This document shows, piece by piece, positions 22,950 through 35,441 of a stretch of DNA of 64,000 nt. Both the position numbers and the translations under genes were made by a program. The number at the start of each line of letters is the position of its first letter. Within the stretch, counting starts at the first letter, position 1. The stretch spans positions 17,422,001 to 17,486,000 of the forward strand of contig NC_043005.1 in NCBI RefSeq assembly GCF_006345805.1, written 5' to 3'. The notes under the pieces are model-generated. The model saw nothing but the letters and a program-made list of their open reading frames with translations. It was not told the DNA's origin and made no database searches. The stretch is from Octopus sinensis (taxonomy: Eukaryota).

Positions 22950-23590
22950 GCTGGTGCTAGTGGTGCTGGTGGTGGCGGTGCTGGTGCTGGTGGTGCTGGT
23001 GGTGCTGGTGCTCGTCGTCGTGATAGGGATAATAGTAGGGGTAGTACTGGTAGTGGTGATGGTGTTGATGGTGGTGGTGGTGGTGGTTGTCGTGGTGGTT
23101 GTCGTGGTGGTTGTCGTGGTGGTAGTAAGGGTGGTGCTGCTGCTGGTGATGCTGGTAGTAATGGTGGTCGTAGTCGTCGTCATGGTAGGGGTGGTAGTAG
23201 GGGTGCTGGTTGTGGTGGTATTAGTGATGGTAGGGGTGGTTCTGATGGTGACGGTGGTGGTGGTTGTCGTGGGGTTGTCGTGGTGGTAGTAAGGGTGGTG
23301 CTGCTGCTACTGGTGATGCTGGTAGTAATGGTGGTCGTAGTCGTCATCGTGGTAGGGGTGGTAGTAGGGGTGCTGGTTGTGGTGGTATTAGTGATGGTAG
23401 GGGTGGTTCTGATAGTGACGGTGGTGGTGGTGGTGGTGGTGGCTCGGGTTGGAGGTTGTGGTGGTGGTTGTGATGATGCTGGTTGTGGTGGCGGTGTTTG
23501 TGGTAGTGGTGATTGTGGAGGTGGTGGTGGTTGTAGTGATAGAGGTAATGTAGTGGTGACGCTGGTGGCGGTGTCGGTGGTGGGGGGGTG
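21290..23590. repeat. Cryptic (CAC)n block followed by (GGT)n block around a ~90-bp spacer
   Basis: C-rich 21290-22450, spacer ~22450-22545, G-rich 22546-23590; a ~165-bp unit is duplicated near 23110 and 23275. Confidence 0.92.
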
Positions 23591-23689
23591 ACAGTATTTG
23601 CAGTGATAATGAAGTTGATAAGGTGACATTTTAGTGACATTTTCTTATTTCTTCTCCTTTGTTCTCTTTCATCTTTCAATCTGATTCTT

Positions 23690-23869
23690 CCACATCTTTC
23701 CTCTTTTTCTTCTTCTTCTTCTTCTTCCTCTTCTTCCTCTTCTTCCGCTTCTTTCTTTTCTTCTTCTCTTTCTTCTTCTTCTTCTTCCGCTTCTTTCTCT
23801 TCTTCTTCTTCTCCTTCATCTTCCTCTTCTTCCGCTTCTTCTTCCCCTTCTTCTTCTCCTTCTTCTTCC

Positions 23870-23902
<33 letters not shown>

Positions 23903-23964
23903 TTTCTTCCTCTCTTCTTTTCTTCTTTTCCTCTTCTTCTTCTTCTCTTCTTCTTCTTCTTCTT

Positions 23965-23995
<31 letters not shown>

Positions 23996-24130
23996 TACAT
24001 CCTTCTTCTTCGCTTCTCCTCTTCTTTTCTTCGTCTTCTTCTTCTTCGTCTTCCTTCGTTCTTCTTCTTCTCTTCGTCTTCTTCTTCTTCTTTTCCCTTC
24101 CTCCTCTCCATTTTCTTTTTCTTTTTTCCC
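23690..24130 (+). repeat. (CTT)n-rich microsatellite
   Basis: Direct reading. Confidence 0.95.
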
Positions 24131-24279
24131 CATCCTTTTCCTTCTCCTCCTACTACTCTTTATTCTTCTTTCAAAGTTTCTTTCACTTTATGTTTGTCTT
24201 TATATCGTGCCCTTCATCCCCTCAATGGCCCCTCACCTGTTGCCCTTGAGGCAAATGTTTTTTTAAAACGTCATCACCA

Positions 24280-24500
<221 letters not shown>

Positions 24501-24769
24501 TCATTATCCTAAATATTAATATACTGATATGCTAATACCTACATACGTCCGTACCTGTGGTGTGTGTCACACTTGCTTGAAAGGAAGAGGTAAAAAGAGA
24601 GAAATAAAACTTAAGCAGAGGAAGTATAGTTGAAGTGGGAGGCAAAGCCGCAAAGAGGAGGGAAAACCGAGTGACAAGCAAATCTGTTGTATTGAGCAGA
24701 ATATTTGCTGTAGTCCATAATTCAAACCAAGACAAAACACGCACAATACAACACCTCCAATCAGTCAAG

Positions 24770-24806
<37 letters not shown>

Positions 24807-24957
24807 TATTATATTATTATTATTATTGTTGTTGTTGTTGTTGTTGTGTTGTTGTTGTTGTTGTTATTATATTATTATTATTGTGTTGTTGTTGTTTTTT
24901 GTTGTTGTTATTATTATCATTGTTGTTTCTGGTGTTGTATTATTATTATTATTACTA

Positions 24958-25003
24958 CTACTAGCATTAACACCCGTCGTTGCCGGGTCATAGTGCCAGT
25001 GCA
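24958..25003 (-). mobile_element. Helitron 3' end
   Basis: Minus strand ACCCG-GCAACGA-CGGGT hairpin then GTTAATG-CTAG|T. Confidence 0.6.
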
Positions 25004-25048
25004 TGTATATATGTGTATATATATGTGTACATATTACATGTACATCTA

Positions 25049-25080
<32 letters not shown>

Positions 25081-25193
25081 TATATATATATACATCTACA
25101 CATAAAATGCAAATACAAAGTTATATCTTGATATCGCTAGTGATAACAATACTCAAAATATATAACAGACTGGAATTGTTAGCTCTTCTTCTT

Positions 25194-25848
25194 TCTCTAC
25201 ATTGTATACTTTATAGACAATAGTCTTTTCTTTAATTTAATTTGCAAGTTCGAGTCGAGTACTCCCTTGCACGCTCCGTTGACTCGAACCTTGCTTCTAT
25301 TGTGGCGAATTTACTGCCTCTGATTAGATACCTTTCATAGTCGCACTAAGACACTTTTCGAAGGTGCTTTCCTCCATGTGTTCAAGTCTCCTTTTTTCTC
25401 TACATTGTATACTTTATAGACAATAGTCTTTTCTTTAATTTAATTTGCAAGTTCGAGTCGAGTACTCCCTTGCACGCTCCGTTGACTCGAACCTGCTTCT
25501 ATTGTGGCGAATTTACTGCCTCTGATTAGATCCTTTCATAGTCGCACTAAGACAACTTTTCGAAGTGCTTTCTCCAATGTGTCAAGTCTCCTTTTTTCTC
25601 TACATTGTATACTTATAGACAATAGTCTTTTCTTTAATTTAATTTGCAAGTTCGAGTCGAGTACTCCCTTGCACGCTCCGTTGACTCGAACCTTGCTTCT
25701 ATTGTGGCGAATTTACTGCCTCTGATTAGATACCTTTCATAGTCGCACTAAGACACTTTTCGAAGGTGCTTTCCTCCATGTGTTCAAGTCTCCTTTTTTC
25801 TCTACATTGTATACTTTATAGACAATAGTCTTTTCTTTAATTTAATTT
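25194..25848. repeat. Tandem repeat, ~203-bp unit x3.2, with internal hairpin
   Basis: TCTCTACATTGTATAC starts at 25194, 25397, 25597 and 25799; units near-identical. Confidence 0.95.
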
Positions 25849-26134
25849 TTTATTATCCATCTGGACTATTCCATTCCTGCACGCTAATTTTAGTTTTAAT
25901 TTATTAATTTATTCCCATTCGTGTGAAACCACTTATTCAAGTTCAAATCATTGATGCAATTTTATACCAATTGCTATTTTTACTTTTGTATGTTACGATT
26001 ATATTATACTTTAGTTTGATTCTAATTATTACTTACTATATATAATTCAATTGTTATTATTATATTTATTGTTAAAGTGAAAGCATCTGACATAAAATAG
26101 AGAAATATTTTTGTTTCACTTTTAACACGTAATA

Positions 26135-26470
26135 CTGAAATAGAGAAGATATGATATTGCTATGGGCTCGCTCTAGGCAAGAAGTTGAACATTTTTTTTT
26201 ACCCATGAAACTACATGGACCCAAAGTAAGGCATGTGTAAAATTTGAATGGAATTAGTTGAGTAGTTCTCAAGTTTTAGGGAATCGTAGTGGAGAAGATA
26301 TGATATTGCTGTGGGCTCTCCCTAGGCAAAAAGTTTTTAAAATTTTTGCTGATGACACTCTCCGGACCCTAAGTAAGGCATGTGTAAAAATTTGAATGAA
26401 ATTGGTTGTGTAGTTCTCAAGTTTTAGGGAAACACACAGACAGACAGACACACATTCTCAGTTTTATATA
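26135..26470 (+). mobile_element. Unclassified repeat with internal ~145-bp duplication and ACAG-repeat end (possibly Helentron/DINE-like)
   Basis: GAGAAGATATGATATTGCT..TAGTTCTCAAGTTTTAGGG occurs twice; ends ACAGACAGACACACATTCTC. Confidence 0.4.
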
Positions 26471-26479
26471 TATAAATAT

Positions 26480-26930
26480 TAGGTACACAAGGCACATGCA
26501 TCACAACCATATGTGCGCGACATGGTGATTTCATATCAGTGAGGCCCAGTTGGAATTTTCTTCAGGTCCAATAACCCATCCTGCTCAAAATGTCCCTGAA
26601 TAAGGATTGTTTAAGGATGTTGAACGAAATACCCATGTTTCCAAAGGTGAATGATCCAAACCCCAAAGAATTCTTTTTAACACATAGCTATGATGCTCCC
26701 CAACTACTTCTGCTCGTTATTAGAGCTGCACATATCTTCAGCCACTAAGGGACATGCTCAACTCGTTAAGGTCAAACAACTGACAAATAAATCTGTTGTA
26801 TTGAGCAGAATATTTGGTGCAGCCCATCTTTTGTGCCTAGACAAAACAATGTACATGATAACACTTCCAATCAGTCAAGGTCAGAAGCCACGAGAGGCAC
26901 TGCTTGGTACTGTATCAGGACATCTTTTAT
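26480..26930. mobile_element. Unclassified interspersed repeat
   Basis: AAATCTGTTGTATTGAGCAGAATATTTG..CCAATCAGTCAAG also occurs at 24665-24770. Confidence 0.55.
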
Positions 26931-26944
26931 CATTATTATCGGTA

Positions 26945-26995
26945 TTGTAATTAATATTATTATCATCATCATCATCCTCATCATCATTATTATTA

Positions 26996-27037
<42 letters not shown>

Positions 27038-27147
27038 TAATAATAATAATAATAACAATAATAATATTATTATCATCATTATTATTATTATTATCATCAT
27101 TATTATTATTATCATCATTATTATTATTATTATCAACATTATTATTA

Positions 27148-27214
<67 letters not shown>

Positions 27215-27282
27215 CATCATCATCATCATTATCATTATTATTATCATCATTATTATTATTATCATTATTATTATTATTATTA

Positions 27283-27330
<48 letters not shown>
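26945..27330 (+). repeat. (ATT)/(ATC)n microsatellite
   Basis: Direct reading. Confidence 0.95.
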
Positions 27331-27424
27331 GATTTAGTCGACCATCGTTACTCGACAGCAGTCCTAAACGCAGCTGTTTCAGACTCCTTCGCAGGTTTGA
27401 ATCGCAACAATGCACAATGGCACT

Positions 27425-27690
27425 CACTCGGTAATCAGAGTGAACGGCCGCCTCTAGGATCCGTTTCATATCAGGTGCTCGGTCCGTCACAACTGTTCTA
27501 TACATACTGGCTCTCGAGCTATCGTTACTGGAACTAGAAACCTTTTGAGCAGGGCTCCAGGAAAGCTGTTTTGGCCAGCATATGCGGATGACATCACTGT
27601 GTGTCGGGCATCAACGGAAGTGGAATCAGTCGACTCCATTCGACTGATTCCATAAAGAAATACGAGGCGATGGAACAAAGATTGATTCTG
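27425..27690 (+). pseudogene. L1/Tx1-like RT fragment
   Basis: VIRVNGRL*DPFHIRCSVR, LFYILALE and PAYADDITV across frameshifts. Confidence 0.6.
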
Positions 27691-27708
27691 ACAAGTTGGT
27701 AGACTTGT

Positions 27709-28118
27709 GGCGCAGGAGTGGCTGTGTAGTAAGTAGCTTGCTAACCAACCACATGGTTCCGGGTTCAGTCCCACTGCGTGGCATCTTGGGCAATTGTCTT
27801 CTGCTATAGCCCCCGGGCCGACCAATGCCTTGTGAGTGGATTTGGTAGACGGAAACTGAAAGAAGCCTGTCGTATATATGTATATATATATGTGTGTGTG
27901 TGTGTTTGTGTGTCTGTGTTTGTCCCCCTAGCATTGACAACCGATGCTGGTGTGTTTACGTCCCCATAACTTCGTGGTTTGGCAAAATAGACCGATAGAA
28001 TAAGTACTGGGCTTACAAAGAATAAGTCCCGGGGTCGATTTGCTCGACTAAAGGCGGTGCTCCAGCATGGCCGCAGTCAAATGACTGAAACAAGTAAAAG
28101 AAAGAGAAAGAGAAAGAG
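27709..28118 (+). mobile_element. Full-length SINE family A
   Basis: Head to (AAAGAG)n tail matches the family. Confidence 0.9.
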
Positions 28119-28189
28119 AGACACCTGACGAGGACAATTCTATGCCAGAGAACAACTTACGTAGGTCAATGAACAGGCAGCCTGGTTAA

Positions 28190-28340
28190 ACTGCTTGAGG
28201 TCCAATCGGTACTCAACTCCGGAGCCACTCCCGCGATGAACCATGGCTTTCACATTCTTGGTGTTTCTATGGAACTGTCCATGCAACTTCATTTTTTTCT
28301 AGCATGCCTTCCTTCACAAATTATTCTGCTTTGGTATGTT
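28190..28340 (-). pseudogene. R4/Dong-like non-LTR C-terminal fragment
   Basis: KLHGQFHRNTKNVK then (frameshift) SREWLRS, resembling the LHGQF..SW.WL motif. Confidence 0.5.
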
Positions 28341-28852
28341 TTTCTTCTCTTCAAGGTCAACACAAACAAGATCCAGTGACTTTCTCCTCGTTATTATTAG
28401 TCTTTTGAAGAGAGAGGGTCTGTTTAGACATAGATTCGTTGAAGAGTCGGATTACCACATTTGCGATTTATAAGGAAAGATCTTTCCTTTTTTCTTTTTT
28501 TTTTTTTGTCTTTTGTTATTATTCTTTGAACCATTTATTGAACGTTTTTTTCCTTGGGGTAGAAAGAAATGAAATTTATCATTCTATATTTTTGTTTTAT
28601 AAATATTCGCTTACTTATGTAACAAGATGTCTCTTCTTTTACGCCTGGTAAACGTGCCCTTAAGAAATTTTGAACAGTTATCCAAACATTATGTAAACGT
28701 GAATATGAATTTATAGAACAAATTCGATGAAGAGAAAAAATATGAGAACAAGTAAAGCCAGATATGATCACGGTACAGGAAAAATCATATTTCACAAACG
28801 GCAATCATCAACGACAACGGTCAAAATGGCGGAAAATCCTTTGCCATTACTG

Positions 28853-29060
28853 TTTTTACTCTTTTACTCTTTTGCTTATTTCAGTCATGTGACTGTGGCC
28901 ATGCTGGAGCACCGCCTTTTAGTCGAGCAAATCGACCCCAGGACTTATTCTTTGTAAGCCTAGTACTTATTCTATCGGTCTCTTTTGCCGAACTGCTAAG
29001 TTACGGAGACTTAAACACACCAGCATCGGTTGTCAAGCGATGTTGGGAGGACAGACACAA

Positions 29061-29113
<53 letters not shown>

Positions 29114-29277
29114 CGACGAGCTTCTTTCAGTTTCCGTCTACCAAATCCACTCACAAGGCTTTGGTTGGCCCGATGCTATAGTAGAAGGCACTTGCCTAAG
29201 GTGCCACGCAGTGGGACTGAACCCGGAACCATGTGGTTGGTAAGCAAGCTACTTACCACACAGCCACTCGTACGCCT
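28853..29277 (-). mobile_element. Full-length SINE family A
   Basis: Matches the family. Confidence 0.9.
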
Positions 29278-29998
29278 ATGAAAAAGTAATTATGAATGTG
29301 GGTCAACTCAGGAAAAAGAAAAAGAATGAAAGGCCGGTGTAATCATTGCCTCTCTGTCTAATCATTTTAGTGAAGGGCAAAGTGAAAATCGGAGATACAG
29401 TATGATTTAAGAGTTGATTTAATGAAATAACTGACAAATATATAGAATATTATGGGGCCCCATCGTCTAAGGAAGAAGGTGTGGGACTATATGTCTTGAG
29501 TGCAAGGCCAAGGGTGAGCTGAGGCGCTGGCTTAGTTGATGCCCATCTGCCCACATGCTCGTGTCACAATACATGGGAAAGCCAGACACATTGGTTATGA
29601 TACTGATCCTGGGCTTGTCTTCGTTTCTGCAGTACAGTACGGACAGACAGTAAGCTCTGAGATGACCGAAACAACATGTGATCGGGAGGGTTCTTCATAC
29701 ATCTACAGGATCCCTAAAGACCAACCAGGAGCTACATATATACTGCATCATGAGTGTAAGAAAAGAAAACGATAAGATAATGGTGTAGGACAGAATGCTT
29801 AACTGTTAGACGTGTGTTAAGTTAGGGCCTTGTGAGGTCTTTCTGCTTTGTGGACCTCACAAGACAGAGGAATAGAGAGAGATACAGAGCCTACAGTAAC
29901 AACAGCAGGACCTAGAAACTACTGTTTCCAAGAAAACCTCTAATCCCTGCTCTAAAAATGGACGAAAAAACTCACCACACTCTCTGTACCAGCAAGTA

Positions 29999-30381
29999 GG
30001 AGGTGCAATGGCCCAGTGGTTAGGGCAGTGGACTCGCGGTCATAGGATCGCGGTTTCGATTCCCAGACCGGGCGTTGTGAGTGTTTATTGAGCGAAAACA
30101 CCTAAAGCTCCACGAGGTTCCGGCAGGGGGTGGTGGTGATCCCTGCTGTACTCTTTCACCACAACTTTCTCTCACTCTTACTTCCTGTTTCTGTTGTACC
30201 TGTATTTCAAAGGGCCGGCCTTGTCACTCTCTGTGTCATGCTGAATATCCCCGAGAACTACGTTAAGAGTACACGTGTCTGTGGAGTGCTCAGCCACTTA
30301 CACGTTAATTTCACGAGCAGGCTGTTCCGTTGATTCGGATCAACCGGAACCCTCGTCGTCGTAACCGACGGAGTGCTTCCA
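29999..30381 (+). mobile_element. Full-length SINE family B
   Basis: GGAGGTGCAATGGCCCAGTGG..GTCGTAACCGACGGAGTGCTTCCA. Confidence 0.88.
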
Positions 30382-30694
30382 AACCAGCAAGTAATGAGAA
30401 GGTAACCAAGGATATGTCCGGCCACTGATACAATCCCATTATCTTGTGATGATGAGGAACGAATGGAAGTTCTTTAGGGGTCTAATTGACAAGAAGAGAA
30501 AATAAACACAGAAGCGAAAACAAATTGACTCCAACAAATTGCATCATGATAAACAGAGAAGAGTCCACATTCCTTTCAGGCGGTAAGGGATAGACTAGTA
30601 TTCAGATCACTCCCGCGTTCCCGACAGATTTACTAAATAACAAGCGCGAAAATCTCGCGGACAACGCGCTGCCTGTACAGAACCAGTTTGTTCC

Positions 30695-30966
30695 TTCTTG
30701 AGCCACGCCTGGCTCATAAGGGCCGGTTTCCCGCTTTCCTTGACGTATAGGTTACCCACCTGGACAGGACGCCGGTCCGTCGCAGGTGAGCTGCTAGATG
30801 CAGGAGGAAAGAGTGAGCGAAGCTGTGGCGAAAGAGTCAGCAGAGATTCGCCATTACCTTCTGCCAGAGCTGCGTGGAGCTTAGGTGTTTCGCTCATAAA
30901 CACACACATCGCCCGGTCTGAGATTCGAACATGTGATCCCTTTAACAACTAGGCCAAGTACCTCCA
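30695..30966 (-). mobile_element. SINE family B-related, alternative tail
   Basis: Matches 33216-33506 (GGCTCATAAGGGCCGGTTTCCC tail). Confidence 0.8.
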
Positions 30967-31510
30967 CTGTAGAGAACCATAGCAAATTAGAGATGTAGAG
31001 CAATCGGATCCAACCTACGAAACGGACTTCTCACCTGTCTGAAGTAGATCACCCAATTTGTGTTTGGGTCTGGGTCTAATTATGTTATTTCTCGTAGTTT
31101 TCATAAGTTCAATGTACAATATCTTAAACCTCCTCTCATTTTTACATTACTCTGTTTTGTCCATCCACACACATTTTTGTGTCCGTCATGTGTCGTGTGC
31201 AATTTGTACGTAAAGCCCATGTGCCAGTAATACAATTTGTTGTTGTAGTTGTTGTTGTTGTTAACACTATAAACACTTTGTTTAGGGTTGTGGTAAGAGG
31301 TACTAACAGCAAAGTCGGTCACAGCGTACACCCCCACCAAGATTTTAGAAGAAAATTTTGTTGAAAATTGTAAAAAGAAAAACACGAACGTTAACACAAA
31401 ATAGCAAACTAACAAAACTGAAATGATAACAATTAAATAAGTAGATGCAATTACAAAGACAGGCGTAGACATTGACACTTCGGAAAATAATGAGAAAAAC
31501 GAAAACATTC

Positions 31511-31923
31511 TCTTCTCTCTCTTTTACTTGTTTCAGTCATTTGACTGCGGCCATGCTGGAGCAGCGCCTTTAGTCGAGCAAATCGACCCCAGGACTTATT
31601 CTTTGTAAGCCCTAGTACTTATTCTATCGGTCTCTTTTGCCGAACCGCTAAGTTACGGGGACGCAAACACACCAGCATCGGTTGTCAAGCGATGTTGGAG
31701 GGAGAAACCCAGACACACACACACTCACACACACATATGTATATACATATACATATATACGACAGGCTTCTTTTAGTTTCCGTCTACCAAATCCACTCAC
31801 AAGGTTTTGGTCGACCCGAGGCTATAGTAGAAGACACTTGCCCAAGGTGCCACGCAGTGGGACTGAACCCGGAACCATGTGGTTGGTAAGCAAGCCACAT
31901 ACCACACAGCCGCTCATACGCCT
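31511..31923 (-). mobile_element. Full-length SINE family A
   Basis: Matches the family. Confidence 0.9.
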
Positions 31924-32032
31924 ATGAATTGATCCAAGTGAACTGAAGCTAGATTTACTGCCCACTTTCGACGATTAATCGTATGCAGTAAAGATTATCA
32001 TAAAAAGACCTATCTCCGCGCTCCTCACTATG

Positions 32033-32416
32033 TGGAAGCACTCCGTCGGTTACGACGACGAGGGTTCCGGTTGATCCGAATCAACGGAACAGCCTGCTCG
32101 TGAAATTAACGTGTAAGTGGTTGAGCACTCCACAGACACGTGTACCCTTAACGTAGTTCTCGGGGATATTCAGCGTGACACAGAGAGTGACAAGGCCGGC
32201 CCATTGAAATACAGGTACAACAGAAACAGGAAGTAAGAGTGAGAGAAAGTTGTGGCGAAAGAGTACAGCAGGGATCACCACCATCCCCTGCCGGAGCCTC
32301 GTGGAGCTTTAGGTGTTTTCGCTCAATAAACACTCACAACGCCCGGTCTGGGAATCGAAACCGCCATCCTACGACCGCGAGTCCGCTGCCCTAACCACTG
32401 GGCCATTGCGCCTCCA
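32033..32416 (-). mobile_element. Full-length SINE family B
   Basis: Matches 29999-30381. Confidence 0.88.
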
Positions 32417-32565
32417 CACTCCTTACTATACTACTAACGAGATTTGTAACATAAACACACAAGATGGCGATAGCTGAAATTTGCAGAGCGTAAGCAATAA
32501 AAAATACAGCTTTGCTAATGTTTGAGAGTCAGGGAAAAAATCTGAATGGTCGGGTGAGAACATCT

Positions 32566-32977
32566 TTATTTCTTTATTGCCCACAAGGGGCTAAACATAG
32601 AGGGGACAAACAAGGACAGACAAAGGGATTAAATCGATTACATCAACCCCAGTGCGTAACTGGTATTTAATTTATCGACCCCGAAAGGATGAAAGGCCAA
32701 GTCGACCTCGGCGGAATTTGAACTCAGAACGTAGCGGCAGACGAAATACCTATTTCTTTACTACCCACAAGGGGCTAAACACAGAAAGGACAAAGACAGA
32801 CAAACGGATTAAGTCGATTATATCGACCCCAGTGCGTAACTGGTACTTAATTTATCGACCCCGAAAGGATGAAAGACAAAGTCGACCTCAGCGGAATTTG
32901 AACTCAGAACGTAACGGCAGACGAAATACCGCTAAACATTTCGCCTGGTGTGCTAACGATTCTGCCAGCTCACAGCC
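32566..32977 (-). mobile_element. SINE family C, head plus two tandem body units
   Basis: Junction AAAGAAATAG|GTATTTCG on the minus strand. Confidence 0.85.
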
Positions 32978-33215
32978 ATTATAGGCACACAATAACTTAT
33001 GGTCACGCTTGACCACAAAACCAGAATTGTACCTTGCAGAAGGTATTGAGAAAGGATGCGAGCAAAGGTCTATCATCGAAATTTTCAATCCCATAACTCT
33101 TAGAAACGCAAATCTTAAGATTCCGTTTGTCGTTAGCGGTATAGTCGGGAGCGTGGAGACTAGTGCGATTTTCAACAGGTCTATTTATGATAATCTTTAC
33201 TACATACGATTAATC

Positions 33216-33506
33216 CTTCTCAAGCCATTCCTGGCTCATAAGGGCCGGTTTCCCGGTTTCCTTGGCGTGTAGGTTCCCCACCTGGACGGGACGCCGGTCC
33301 GTCGCAGGTGAACTGCAAGATGCAGGAGGAAATAGTGAGAGAAAGCTGTGGCGAAAGAGTCAGCAGAAGTTCGCCGTTATTACCCTCTGCCGGAGCCGCG
33401 TGGAGCTTAGGTGGTTCGCTCATAAACACACACATCGCCCGGTCTGAGATTCGAATCCGCGATCCCTCGACCGCGACCCCTTCTAACCACTAGGCCATGT
33501 GCCTCC
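33216..33506 (-). mobile_element. SINE family B-related with 14-bp target-site duplication
   Basis: ACATACGATTAATC at 33202-33215 and 33507-33520. Confidence 0.88.
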
Positions 33507-35409
33507 ACATACGATTAATCGTCGAGAGTGTGTAGTAAATCTAGTTTCAGTTCACTTGGATCAATTCATAGTATGATGACCGAAAAACGAATTTGATCGA
33601 AAATCGAATTCGAATGACTAACTTTTTGGCGCTGATTTTTTTCGCGATTTTGAATGACCCGATTATCGAATTGCATCACAAACGTACGAAGATGATTGCA
33701 AAACCTATAACATTACGCAGATATCTACTACTGTACAACATCACGCAATACTACACACACACACACCACACACACACACATACACACACACACGCGCTTT
33801 AATATATATATCACAGGCGCACGCGTACACATATACAGCAACACACTGAGGCACGAACCTACTTCAAGCTCTTATCCAGATATCCACGCGACAAAGCAGA
33901 TGGCACTCATATATGACACTTCCTTCCAGACACACACACACACACAAACGCACTAGAAAACCCCACATGGGGTTTCAATACCGCCACCCCACCCCCACCT
34001 CCTGCCAATATCAATCTACACCCACTGCCATACCCACCCCCGACAACAAACTCCAACCCCCCTTCTCATTCTCTGACATAAACGTTCCGTTCCGTTCCCT
34101 CCTCTGCCACTGTCACTATCAGAACGATGTCATCTCCGATCACCGATGACCTCAGCCCACCTTTTCTCACCGCCAGTACACCTCCCAGTACCTACTCCAT
34201 GCCACATCGACATCATACCACTCCACTCCACTCCAACTCTTATGTCAACGGCGCCGCTGGAGTCGATAGCAATGCTAACGTTGGAAAGCGGTGGCGGTGT
34301 CAACGAAATCGTTTAACGTTTGCCATTTATCTTAAAGCAACTCCTCGACACCTCCCTTCTTCCCACTACTGCCACTACCACCACACACGCACCATTCACC
34401 CCCCCCCCAACTCATTATCTTTGTAAGCTTGAACTGTTCAGGCGAGATAACAAACGGTGTCATTGTTGTTATTGATGTTGTTTAGCCCCAGGTCATCCCT
34501 GTTTAAACAGACCTATGATCAAAGACGATCCAGAAGCGTTCATGCGTCTCTATTAAAGAGTATCATCGAATGCGTCCACTAGATTAAGAGTGTGACTCTG
34601 AAAAGGGGGGCTTTTATGGCTATTTTTAGCAAGTCGAGTTACTATGGAGCTCGAATCCATAACGGGGGAAGGCAAAAGTGAGCTTTTTAAAAAACAGTGC
34701 GCACACACGTACATATACTTGCACACACACACACATACACGCTCACACACATACGCGCTCACACACATACACGCTCACACACATACACGCTCACACACAT
34801 ACATGCATACATACATACATTGCCTGTCTGTCTTCCTCTCTACCTGTCTCTCTCCTTCTTATTTTTCACCCTTTCTGGTTTCTTTTCCTCTCTCTCTCTC
34901 TCTCTCTCTCACTCCTCCGCCTCCTCCTCTCTCTGGCCGCTGACCGGACTACTAAACTTTCTTTCTGCCCGCTGCTTTCAACAAGTCAACATCGACTTTC
35001 TTCTGTCTCCAGCAAGTCGATCTTCTGAAAATGCGTTCCAGCGAATTTTTCCATAGTCTAGGCTTTAAAAAATGCCCTTATTGTTGGTTTCCTTGTCCTG
35101 TTTTTATTCTTTATGTGTACTGTTTTTTTCTTCTTTTGTATTGCTTTTACGTCCTGTTCTTGTCGTTCTTTTTTTATCCCTCTGCAAAAGAATTTTATTT
35201 AATTCATTTTGCAGGAAGGATTGCTTCGGCTGGATCGTGTTCTGCCCTTACCTTCGAAACACGCATTGAGTCGAACCAGGGGCAGCTGATGAATGGGAAT
35301 ATTCCTTGTATTGATTGTCTTATATATATATATGCATGAATATATACATACAGATGTAGGTATGTACATATATGTATGTATGTATGCATATGTTTTATTT
35401 ATTAAATTG

Positions 35410-35439
<30 letters not shown>

Positions 35440-35441
<2 letters not shown>

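Noticed and set aside
34930-35340. Possible host exons (here, 29536-29775, 42005-42190, 51879-52283)
   Set aside because: No recognisable protein motif or consistent splice pattern; a small exon cannot be excluded without RNA-seq.
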